Source: Macrostomum lignano
Taxonomy: Eukaryota
DNA: 54,594 bases
Assembly (NCBI GenBank): GCA_002269645.1
Contig: NIVC01001044.1
Coordinates: forward strand, 101,052-155,645
Direction of reading: 5' to 3'
Shown in pieces: positions 10,303 to 21,024 of this stretch. The position numbers and the translations under genes are program-made. How positions within the stretch are numbered: position 1 is the first letter of the stretch; every line of letters begins with the position of its first letter. Below the pieces are notes generated by a model. That model had not been told where the DNA came from, did not search any database, and saw only the letters and a list, made by a program, of their open reading frames with translations.

Positions 10303-12976
10303 TCAGCCAACAAGGCCGACAAAGCTGCCAGACTCGGCGATGAAGCCGTCGCGGAGGCTGAGCGGCACCGTCGGGGACAGAAAGAACCGGCAGCTGCCAG
10401 TTCTGAAGTGCATCGCGTAGAGGCAGGTCGGGTGTTCGCCGCACCGCAGGCTGCACTCGATGAGCGACCGGATGCTGGGAATCTCCATCAGAGGAGCCGC
10501 TGCGGCGGTGGAGAAAATCGGCTGAGCGTCCAGGAATCGGTGCGGAGCGGACTTCGTGACTGGAGACGGCGACGAAGGGCGTTGGCGATGTTGAAATTCT
10601 ATGCTCTGACTCTCATTAGTTGAGGGGCGGAGCAGCTCAGTGGTAAATGCGATGATTCGACCCCTGGTTCAATTTCGTGAGCGGCCGCATCCATTTGAGG
10701 CTTGTGACTTTTCCTGAGATTCTCAACCGTTAGGGCCAATCCCAAGGCACAGAGAGTGAACATGCCTGACGATTATAAAATCAGGGCCGCTGTGTACCCT
10801 GTGTGAGCGTGTGTGTGAGTGCGTGCTTGTCTGTGCTCAGAAGTCTGTGGAACGGGCAGAATTGCCCCAGCGCTGGAAGTGGAACTGCTTGTAGGTGCTC
10901 AGAAGTCTGTGGAACGGGCAGAATTGCCCCAGCGCTGGAAGTGGAACTGCTTGTAGGTGCTCAGAAGTCTGTGGAACGGGCAGAATTGCCCCAGCGCTGG
11001 ATGTGGAATGGGCAGAATTGCCCCAGCGCTGGATGTGAACGGGCAGAATTGCCCCAGCGCTGGTTGTGGAATGGGCAGAATTGCCCCAGCGCTGGAAGTG
11101 GAACTGCTTGTAGGTGCTCAGAAGTCTGTGGAACGGGCAGAATTGCCCCAGCGCTGGTTGTGGAGTGGGCAGAATTGCCCTAGCGCTGGATGTGGAACGG
11201 GCAGAATTGCCCCAGCGCTGGATGTGGAGCGATGTCGCCAAAGGCGAAGCGCTAGGGTGGCCGCAGGCTTCTTGCAAACATTGACTTTATTTTTTGCCTT
11301 ACATTTTACGCAATATCGTGGCTGTGTGCTATAAATAAGGTATTATCCGCTTCCGGGTGCCTCGATGAGGCCTACCATCAGACCACCGCAAACTCACAGA
11401 CGTAGACGTCAATCTCGCAGAAGTGAAAGTACACTGGGGATGCAGGCGTTCTCTCCAAAGTCAGGTACCGACCGGCCACTGGTCGCGAACAGGTGAAACT
11501 CAGAGGGTTCTCCGTGTGCGCCGGCACCCCGGTGTAACGGTAGCATTCGTCAATCAGCGACGAGTTGAAGCTGCTCCACATGGATTCGAAAGCGCTGACG
11601 CCTAGCAGAGCAGGGCGACGTGGGAAAGTCAGTGCCAGCGCAGGGCAATCGGTGAAGACAGAAAATTCCCCCTACCGAATGTGACATTGCTGAATTTTCC
11701 GGAGCAGCAGTCGAGGCGGTTCCAGATTCTCACAGAGCTGAGCAGGCGCACCGTCTGCATGTCCAGCATCCACCACGGCAGCGTGTCGTTCCACGCCGCG
11801 TGGACGCACTGCGACCCCGAGTAGTACGTCCCGGAGGTGATGCCGTTGTTCCCGAGATTCGCGTTTTCACTTGGCGTCCATTTGGTTGACAGCTTGGCCT
11901 GCATGTTCTTCGGCAGCTGCTGCACCTGCAGGTCTGAGAATTTCAATTTATTCAACTTCAAAAAGCAGCAAAAAGTCAACGCGTAACGTCAAAAACCTCG
12001 ACATCATCAAGACCAGAAATTTAGCAATGTCTCATTCACTCAGCTGCACCGTGGTGTTGCTTTACCGCACTGAAGATGCACATTCAAAGTTGGCTTGTGC
12101 ATTCTAATATGCTTTCGTACATCGACTCAAGGAGTATGAGTTAAAAATCAATTTTGGAGCTGTAAAGCAATTAAAACTGTATTAATAAGTCAACATCACA
12201 ACGCGCTTTGCAAATACAGTGAAGTGTTCATCATTACCAGAGTTTTTAGAGCTACTGTTCTCATATTCTCGTACGCAGATGTTGTTTGACACTTTCATCT
12301 CAGGAGCTTTTTGAGGAACAGTATTTCTGCATCTACCCCCCGTCATCTCAACTCAGGGACTTCATCGAGTTTTACCGCAGAGTTTTTTTGGCGCCCTTCT
12401 AGCGCCCCTGAATCCACTTGAGCTCTTGTATTTCTCCTGTCTCCAACCAGAGAATCATAAGATTAGAATGGGATGTACACATAAGCCTCAAGGGCCGCTA
12501 TGTGCAGGCATGCACTGTAGCCGCTACAGGCCCTAGCAACTAATAGGACTCAGACTTTCGAATTCTTGGCTGGCAAACTACCGAAAATTGACAGCTAAAC
12601 CTCGGCGGGTGAAAAACTAGCAGCACAAATCTCGGGTGGAAGACCCCAGAAACTCGCCTGGATTGGAGAACAGAGAGCAGGTTATCATCCTACCATCAAT
12701 TAATCAAGGACAACTCAAGTAGGACGGGAAACTACGTTTCTTGGAAAGTTTTAGTAGGCAGGTTTTACGGAAAAATATCGCATTACGGATATTGGAGGTT
12801 TTCATTTTTTAGAACAAAATGTCTTACAGAATGACTTAAAATAGATTCATACAACGTTTGAGACAAGTTGTGCCATTTTTGTGATTTTTCATGGCTCGAA
12901 CCCATGCCATAGTGAAATTCTTACCTGCCGAGCAGACGGCGACGCAAAGCACGGCAAAAAGAAGCGTCACCTCCAT
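10303..12976 (-). CDS. Secreted F-type lectin (fucolectin/FTP domain) with a C-terminal PAN/Apple domain, 4 exons, 256 aa
   Basis: Exons 12976-12925 (signal peptide MEVTLLFAVLCVAVCSA), 11933-11676, 11601-11398 and 10559-10303. All introns are GT-AG phase 1 and the joined length is 771 nt. FTL motifs: H...PWWMLDM...VRIWNRLDCCSGK, FTC...GRYLTL, FCEIDVY. PAN cysteine pattern: SLIECSLRCGEHPTCLYAMHFRTGSCRF. Confidence 0.88.
10624..10690 (+). mobile_element. Degenerate tRNA-derived (SINE-head-like) fragment
   Basis: GGGGCGGAGCAGCTCAGTGGTAAA resembles an A box and GGTTCAATT a B box. The anticodon arm is collapsed and no cloverleaf can be drawn. Confidence 0.45.
10843..11230. repeat. Compound minisatellite with palindromic core in lectin intron 3
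   Basis: The core GGGCAGAATTGCCCCAGCGCTGG recurs about 10 times, separated by short (about 7 bp) or long (about 36 bp) linkers. Confidence 0.92.
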
Positions 12977-14242
12977 GCAAGGCGGAGCGGCCATGAGACG
13001 GCGGATTTGGCAGTCAATGGCAGCAAAAGCAATCAAGTCTTCTTGCATCCACGCAAAGTCAGGAAACGAAGAAGCGGGGCTCCTTATCAACATTTTTCCC
13101 CCATTCCTCATCTTTCCCCCCGTCTGCTTCCGTCGCCATAGCAACTAAAGAAAACTTGTTAAACTGAATGAGGCCCTGTATGCCACAGGGCATAGCTTGC
13201 CTCTGTAAACAGAAGAGCTTTCGCCCTCACAGAATCCACTAGGCATGCGTTTCTCAACAACTTCTCGCCTGCATGGCTTAAGCCTAAGGCTTTTATATTA
13301 TTAAAAATTCATAATCCAGCTCTGTCAGCTTCATCTCGATGGGAAGTTGCAGAACGGTTTCAGTTCTGTCAGAATCCCACACTGACGCTGCAAATATTTT
13401 AATTGGCCTCAAGTCTGCACTCAACGACTATTCTGTCCTCTTCAAAAGAGATTGACTACTGGGGGAGTAGCAAGAATAGAGTGTAAACCGATAATCCCTT
13501 ATCGTGTGCGAAAAAAAAGTTATAGGCTCCTGTGTTGGCCACAGGTGGGCTCTCGGTGGCTATCAGACCAGCTGACACCGAGTAGAAGACTCAAGACCCG
13601 GAAACCGTTTCCGAGGTATCGGGAGTTCGAATCCCAGTTCAGAAGAATCTGTAAAAACTACTTTGCCAATACTCGGAGTTTAGCTATCTGTAAACTGTTT
13701 CAATGGTAGATGCTGAGCACCTCAGTTGCGAACGCGTCTGATTCTCGCGCCAGCGACCACCCCTGGTTCGATTCTGTGCGTATACCTTGAGAATGAGACA
13801 AAAGGTCAACTGGAGCTAAAAGTTTTCAATTTCTTCTTATAGTAAACTAGTATGCGAAGCTAAAATAAAGCAGCCTCTTAAAACCTCGCACAATCCTTAT
13901 TCATTGTTTTTCCATTGAATTTTTTGGAGAAATATTTAAACTTGTTTTGAATCGATTTTGTGATCAAAATAAACGTACAAATGTACTTTTTCAATCGTAT
14001 GACGCTAAAGTATTAAGGCTCTGAAGTAATAAAGATTATCTTCAACAGTGCATGTTAGAAGACAGACTTGTAATAGCCATATTTGCGCCCGATGCGAACA
14101 AATGAAGGGCCGCAGTTTTACAGTTCTCGTTTCACTCGGCCAGAATATTCCGGGGGGAATCATGGGAACAAACTCGATAGTCATCGCTGCTGATTCGGTT
14201 AGAAAAACTCTCATCGCTTTTTGAGATGCAATAACTGCGATA

Positions 14243-15245
14243 TTAGCCGCTGCTGCTGCTGCCGCCGCTCCCTGCAGCCTCCGGGCTGCTGGAGAACCCC
14301 TCATTATTGTTACTCGCTAATTGTCGCTCGTTACTTTTCAGGCTGCAGCTGCTGCTTTCGTGGCTGTCACTGCTTCTCGCGTCAACTTCGGCAGCTCTGA
14401 AAGCGGCAGCGGTTGGATTGTCGCTGGGCCGGCAAATCCAGTGAGTTCTGCTGTCGTCCGGGTCTTCCACTGTCTCGCCGCAGTCGCAGTTGTTGTGCGA
14501 GTTGCTGAAAGCCAACTGGAGGTTTCGCTGCTGCTCCTCTTTGATGGCCGTGCGATGTTGCAGCTTGGCGTCGCCCACCAAAGCCAGAGACCGAAGCTCC
14601 GAAACCGTCCGCTGCACCGGTGACTCTGACGCAGTTGCTGCGGAGTTCGGCATGGTCAGTGCGGCCGATTCCGGTACACCTGCCGCAGTCCTGGAGCTAC
14701 TGACCGGCGGCTGGCGACGTCGCGGACGCCAGCGCTTCCGCGGACGCAGCGGCAGCTCCGCGCCAGTCTTCTCTGCTTCCGGCTTGTCTGGATGCTTTTC
14801 TTCTGGTATTAAAGCTGTTGGCACCGCTTCCGCAAAGACATCCGTCACGGACTCCGCAACCACTGTACCGTTAGCGGTAGTTGCCGGGCTATTTGACTCT
14901 ATCAGCGTTCTCGGCGTCAGAGCTGGAACTCGGTCGTCTGGTCTGGACTGGCTGTCTCTGCTGCTGCCATCTGGAAGCAGACAGTCATGGCGATGCTTTC
15001 ACTACACCATGGTCTCGCGGTTTTCAAGCCTAGCCATGTTCATCAAGTTCGTCAACTATTGAAAAAGTCTCACCGTCCACGGTACGCCACGACTCTCCAA
15101 TGCTGAACTCGCGGTCAGAGGTGCCGCCAAGCGACGAAGCAACTTCAATGTCGCTGTTTGGAATCGCCTCGTTGGATGAATTGGACAAATCCAGGCTGTC
15201 ACTCCGGGCACACGCGGCTGCCGATGGCAAGGACACGGCGCTCAT
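14243..15245 (-). CDS. Unknown low-complexity Ser/Ala-rich protein with a basic NLS-like patch; at least 2 exons
   Basis: Exon 15245-15074 (aaaATG start, donor GACG|GTGAG) joins in phase 1 to exon 14970-14243 (acceptor tgcttccag). The region is a GC-rich island and encodes RPRKRWRPRRR. No recognisable domain; the ends are uncertain. Confidence 0.5.
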
Positions 15246-16191
15246 TTTCAGCCAGTTGTATTTATTTTTTACTCAGGCAAGTAGGGCTTCGGTGAAACCT
15301 AAATAAATGCTTTTACTTGACACTGCTTACATTGGGCCATAGAATTTCGTCTTTTAAGAAGTGCAAAAAGAACTCCTTGGTTTGAAAGAGTAAATCTTAG
15401 TTTCGAAAGGTGTAAATCAGTTGATGCATTGTAAATTGAAAACATACATAAAAATCGTTGCTTTAGGCCACTTTCGATCTGGCAACTCAACTTTTGCTTG
15501 CAAATCAACTTACATTGTTAACCACTGAAACTATAGTACACCTTTTCCGTTGAATTTCAACAAAACTCGCTTTCAATTTCAGCATATTTTGGCGCGCTTT
15601 TTTAGTGTACTGTATCAATCTTGAACAGCCCCCCTCTTAAACTAACAACAAATAATGTAACTGCCTGTGGCTCTCTATAGTATCTCTCTTTAAACTGAGT
15701 GCTGCTCTCCTCGAAGTTCGCTACTAGAAAACAGCATACACTGATTTTTAAATAAACAGTAGCTAAATAAAGAATTCGAATGTCAGCTTGCCGATATTGA
15801 ATGCGAGTTCTGTTGAAATTGAGTGGAAAAAAAGGTACATTTAGCGTTTGCTTGGTTACCAATGTTTTCAGTTTTCTTATTTTGGACAGTGCCTGACGTC
15901 AAGATAAGAATGAGACGAAAAACAGCGCACCCACCTCATAAAGTCGCAACTCTCTGTGAGAAGCTTGAATCAAAAAGCAGCAAGTGACTTGGAAACTGAT
16001 ACGAGCGTGAGAGGAAATCTGTTGCTGCAAAACATCTGGCCGAATCGAAAGTGAAATAAACAAACTTGTCTTGCACCTGTTTGGTCACGGCTTGTCCTTA
16101 AACTCGTGGAGTGTCCAGAAGATTTAAAGCTTAACCGGACTTGACGGATCAGCGTCTGTCCGTCAAGTCCGGTCGATTGACTTGTGCGCTT

Positions 16192-16410
16192 GTAGCTAAA
16201 AAGCTAAAAATAGAGCGTACACGACTTGTAGGTCGGGGGTTCAATTCCCGAACAATTTGTGTCCTTGAGCAAGACACTAAACTCTGCATTGCTTCGGTTC
16301 ACCCAGCTGTAAAATGGGTGCCAGCATTAGCTGGGGTTATTGAGGGTGTGTGGCGACCCCCTCCCCAGTCCTTGGACTGAACAGCCGTACGCAGCCTTCA
16401 GATGCGCTGC
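16192..16410 (+). mobile_element. tRNA-headed SINE with CORE-like central domain, copy 1
   Basis: B box GGTTCAATTCC at 16238-16248. The segment TGTGTCCTTGAGCAAGACACTAAAC...CTGTAAAATGGG resembles the MIR/CORE consensus. Homologous to the copy at 18474-18686. Confidence 0.8.
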
Positions 16411-17440
16411 GCAATAGCTGCGGCTGAGCTGACGGTTGCATATCCATACCCATTAGTGCAGGTGTAATCAATAAAAATTGAGAAGGTTGCTGGAAATCTG
16501 GCAGACGTAAGTGGGAGCTGACGAGCTTTTTTTAATAACATGCAGCTTGTTAAGCTGATGCGAAGATGAACGAGACGCCCAAGATGTGATTACTGTATTA
16601 TTTGCACTGCCCTGGCTCAACCTGGCTAGATAAATACAGGTGCAACTGCACGGCAAAGGCAGGCAGGTAACTAAGGATTTACTCTTTAGCTCTTCAGGCA
16701 ATAAGAATTTCCTCAGGGTTCCATCTCTCATCTAGTCAGCTCGGGGTGGGGGTCCCAGTTAGGGAAAACAGGCTCTTGTTCGAAGCAAGCCTGCTTGTAG
16801 AAGTGCCCGCATGGAATCGGATGGCACACCTGTTGCTTCAAGCTCGCTCTCCTACTGATTAATACTTCACTACCAGCGGCTGCACCTGATGCAGACACAA
16901 AACTGCAGCCTGACAATCGGTTTACTCGGAGGAATTATCATTTCTGCGCTAGAACTCTGACGTAGCTGTATAGCGCTGATGTAGCATCTGTTTTAAAAAT
17001 GTGCAGCTGGATTATCATAAATGGCTGATGATAGAAGTAAATAATTATCAGCGGATTATGCGCAGGAAACTGGTCCTGCAGAATCCAATTCCATGAAAGC
17101 AGACTGTTCCGTCTTCATCATGTCCTCGGATTCAGACAGTCTGTCTGAAAAAATGGATTGACAGTGGGAGCTCAATTTCTGAGGCGGAACTGCGGGAACA
17201 GGGATTCGCTCTTTTCAATTTTCCATTTCATTCGTGCTGAATTCAACGATAGAAGGAAATGCATTCAGTTTAACAGTCTGTCCCTGATTATCACGGAAAG
17301 CTGGCTCGGAAAGAAACAGAAAACTAATTTGAAATTTTGTTCACACGAAAGGGCAGTGTAGTTTGAAGCAGCAGTTTCTTTGAGGCATGGACTGATGAAC
17401 TTCGAATCGTTACCTATCTCAAAATCATAGATCTACCGAC

Positions 17441-17652
17441 TTACTGACTCACTCAACTCATTCTCTTACTGACTCACTCAACTCATTCTCTTACTGACTC
17501 ACTCAACTCATTCTCTTACTGACTCACTCAGCTCATTCTCTTACAGACTCACTTAACTCATTCTCTTACTGACTCACTCAACTCATTCTCTTACTGACTC
17601 ACTTAACTCATTCTCTTACTGACTCACTAATCATTCTCTTACTGACTCACTT
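17441..17652. repeat. 25-bp minisatellite, about 8 copies
   Basis: Unit TTACTGACTCACTCAACTCATTCTC. Confidence 0.92.
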
Positions 17653-17654
17653 AA

Positions 17655-17936
17655 TCAGTCAGTCAGTCAGTCAGTCAGTCAGTCAGTCAGTCAGTCAGTC
17701 AGTCAGTCAGTCAGTCAGTCAGTCAGTCAGTCAGTCAGTCAGTCAGTCAGTCAGTCAGTCAGTCAGTCAGTCAGTCAGTCAGTCAGTCAGTCAGTCAGTC
17801 AGTCAGTCAGTCAGTCAGTCAGTCAGTCAGTCAGTCAGTCAGTCAGTCAGTCAGTCAGTCAGTCAGTCAGTCAGTCAGTCAGTCAGTCAGTCAGTCAGTC
17901 AGTCAGTCAGTCAGTCAGTCAGTCAGTCAGTCAGTC
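17655..17936. repeat. (AGTC)n microsatellite, about 70 units
   Basis: Perfect tetranucleotide run. Confidence 0.98.
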
Positions 17937-18473
17937 GTAAAATCACTCACTTTGATTAGCATTATTTAGTAATGTCTCACTAAGTGCAAGTGTCCAGAAC
18001 TAAGCTTTAAAGTCACTTTCTGTTAAATTTTCTCAGGTAAAAATCTGAGATGAAAAATCTGGCACGGCCTTGGGAAGCTCTGGCGTAGAAGCGACACCGC
18101 CTGCTCCACCATAAATTTCTACGTGTTTCGCTTCATCCCGTTTTTTACTGTGGCATGAACAGATAGAGAAATTTCAGAGCAGCTTCTCACACACTGCTCA
18201 CGGTAAGCGAAGAGGCACCTCAGGGCCCGATCTCGCCAATCCGAGCTGCTCGATCGCTGATTGGCCTAAACTCCGAGTTGCGTCTTCAGTATGAAAATCT
18301 TCAAATTGATGTCAGAAGCCTGCTGAAGAAAATCTGACGCTTGTTGTTGGGAATTTTCTGCCCACATTCAGAACTAATTGCTGAGCCCATTGCAGGTAAA
18401 ATTGTTCGTTGACTGTTGTTGTTTTTCTTTTTAAAGTATTGATATAATGACATTTATAATAAATTAATATATC

Positions 18474-18686
18474 GGCGCATCTGAAGGCTGCGTACGGCTG
18501 TTCAGTCCAAAGGACTGGGGGGTCGCCACACACAACCTCAATTACCCCAGCTAATCCTGGCACCCATTTTACAGCTGGGTGAACTGAAGCAATGCAGATC
18601 AGTTAAGTGTCTAGCTCCAGGACACAGATTGTTCCGAGTGGGTCGAGAATCGAACCCCTGATGCTCTGACCACTAGGCTACAACCC
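18474..18686 (-). mobile_element. tRNA-headed SINE with CORE-like central domain, copy 2
   Basis: Minus strand shows A box TAGCCTAGTGGTCAG, B box GGTTCGATTC, core TGTGTCCTGGAGCTAGACACTTAAC...CTGTAAAATGGG, and the same 3' tail (GCCGTACGCAGCCTTCAGATGCGC) as copy 1. Confidence 0.82.
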
Positions 18687-19044
18687 CTAGGTGATTTACG
18701 TAGAATCCAATTATTAACAGCTTCTCGCTGGAAATGCATCATCGAGATTGGAAGTTTTACCTCGTTTTCGACTGTCTCACCAGCTGCATTTCTGAATTCT
18801 AATGAAGCAATCATATGTGTTTATCCCCCGTTGGTTCACAAGTCAAACGCAGTTGTGTTTTCTAAACTGGTTTTCGCAAAGATTTGCTTTTTTTCAAAGC
18901 AACTTGACTAAGATATGTTTCATTTGCTATTCGGAAGTCCAGAAGCTGAGATATTGTCAGTTTAGTGCTAACCTAATTAGAAACCGCCTACCTAACCATC
19001 AGAGTCCTCGCTAAAACCTACCTTCAGCTTCAGGCCAATTCTCC

Positions 19045-20235
19045 ATGTCAGAAGGGAGCATCGGTATCCATGGTAACGAGAGCCGCAGTGAGGCGGCCTG
19101 GGCCGGCGGCCCGCTGTGGATGCGCGCGCTGATCATCGCCAGCTACGCCGTGATCGGCTGTCTGGGCACCGCCGGGAACGCTCTGGTGGCATTCGTTGTT
19201 CTTCGAAAGCACAGCATGCAGACAATCACTAACTTGTTTATCACCAACCTGGCCGTCTCCGACATCATCATGAGCGTCGTGAATGTGCCGCTGACTCCAG
19301 CGGCAATCTTCATGAACAGCTGGACTCTGCCCACCGCCCTGTGCAAGCTGATGCCCATGACCATGGGGGTCACGGTGTATGTCTCCACCCTGACCTCCAC
19401 CGCCATCGCCATGGACCGCTACTTTGTCATTGTCCACCCGTTCGTCCCCCGGATGCGCACCAGCCTCTGCGTGCTGGTGGTGGCCGTGGTCTGGATAGTC
19501 GCCATGCTCATCAGCGCCCCGATCGCCGTGTTCCAGAGGACCAAAGCCTCGGACGATCGCAGCCGGGTGAGCTGCGTGGAGGACTGGAAGAGCGAGTACC
19601 GGGCCGTGTTCACCGTGATCAGCTTCGTGCTGCAGTTCCTGGCTCCCTGCTCCGTCATCACCGTCTGCTACGCCAGAGTCAGCGCCAGTCTCAGCCGTCG
19701 CCATCGAAGCCACATGGCGGCTTGCCGATCGCGCATAAAAGAGGCCATCGACATCAAGAGGAAGAGACGCACGAACAGGATGCTGATGGCGATGGTGCTG
19801 ATATTTGTACTGAGCTGGATCCCGATAAACCTGCTGTGGTTGGCCAAGGACACGGGCTTAGCGGGCGAGCACACCTTCCAGTGCTTGTTCTTTGTTTGCC
19901 ACGTGCTGGCGATGAGCTCGGTGATGTACAATCCGTTCCTATACGGCTGGCTCAACGCCAACTTTCAGTCGGAGTTCCGCAGCCTCCTGCCGAGCTGCTG
20001 CAGCCGCCACCTGTCGGCCATGGCAGTTGATCCGGCGGCCGAGACGGCTGCTGACGCCAAGGCTGGCCTGATGGACGAAGCCGCTCCGACGCCGGGATCC
20101 ATTGATCTTCCGGATGCTAGGAGGCTGGAGGCGGTGCCGCTCTCGCTGATGCGGCCGTCCCAGCAGACTGAGATGGAGCGTTCTGAACAGTTTACAGATC
20201 CCTTGCTCAGCGAGAATGGAGGTTCCAGCAAGTGA
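19045..20235 (+). CDS. Intronless class A neuropeptide GPCR (sNPF/PrRP/NPF-NPY receptor group)
   Basis: Seven TM segments with GN (TM1), NLAVSD (TM2), MDRY (TM3), SWIP (TM6) and NPFLY (TM7). RRTNRML in ICL3 and CHVLAMSSVMYNPFLYGWLN are typical of sNPF/PrRP-type receptors. Confidence 0.93.
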   Translation: MSEGSIGIHGNESRSEAAWAGGPLWMRALIIASYAVIGCLGTAGNALVAFVVLRKHSMQTITNLFITNLAVSDIIMSVVNVPLTPAAIFMNSWTLPTALCKLMPMTMGVTVYVSTLTSTAIAMDRYFVIVHPFVPRMRTSLCVLVVAVVWIVAMLISAPIAVFQRTKASDDRSRVSCVEDWKSEYRAVFTVISFVLQFLAPCSVITVCYARVSASLSRRHRSHMAACRSRIKEAIDIKRKRRTNRMLMAMVLIFVLSWIPINLLWLAKDTGLAGEHTFQCLFFVCHVLAMSSVMYNPFLYGWLNANFQSEFRSLLPSCCSRHLSAMAVDPAAETAADAKAGLMDEAAPTPGSIDLPDARRLEAVPLSLMRPSQQTEMERSEQFTDPLLSENGGSSK

Positions 20236-20418
20236 CCTCGGTTGTAATTGCCGGTTCTCTGCTCGGGATGCTCCTAGTAGACTGTGAACATTCAACACCT
20301 TGGATATGGCTTTGACTTTTTATAGACATAGCTTTGCTTGATTCTGTTGCTGTGTTTCCGTGTATCAGTATGATTTGTACTTGCAATACTGAACACTTGT
20401 TCGCAATACCTTCAGTAC

Positions 20419-20690
20419 CCAATAACTGTTACCTGCTGTACCCAATTACTGTTACCTGCTGTATCCAATAACTGTTACCTGCTGTCCCCAATAACTGTTA
20501 CTTGCTGTCCCCAATAACTGTTACCTGCTGTCCCCAATAACTGTTACCTGCTGTACCCAATAACTGTTACCTGCTGTACCCAATAACTGTTACCTGCTGT
20601 ACCCAATAACTGTTACCTGCTGTACCCAATAACTGTTACCTGCTGTACCCAATAACTGTTACCTGCTGTACCCAATAGCTGATATCTGCT
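20419..20690. repeat. 23-bp minisatellite, about 11-12 copies
   Basis: Unit CCCAATAACTGTTACCTGCTGTA. Confidence 0.95.
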
Positions 20691-21024
20691 ATACCGCATA
20701 CCTTTTCACAATACCTGCACTTGCTAGTTCATGATGACTATGCATCGTGCCGAAAATTTTTCAGTCAACTCACGCTAACAAAAATATTCAGATTTTCAGT
20801 TGAAAAACTACACAAAAATATTGCTTATTCAGCCCTTAATGTACTTTACGAAATTTTCCTACTAAGATAGGAACATCGTAACTTTTTAACACAGCCACAT
20901 CTTGTCCCCATGATTAAATGTATAAATAATTTTATCAATTTCCCTCGTCATTAGACGCCTTTGAGTGACGCGTCAACTTTATTATTGACTTGTTCTACGT
21001 ACTTCAGCTCTGCGGATGACTCGG

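Noticed and set aside
13718-13780. tRNA gene (also 10624-10690)
   Set aside because: Only A/B-box-like remnants are present; no complete cloverleaf or acceptor stem can be formed.
19048-20298. Overlapping and antisense ORFs on the GPCR
   Set aside because: They are shadows caused by high GC3 codon bias.
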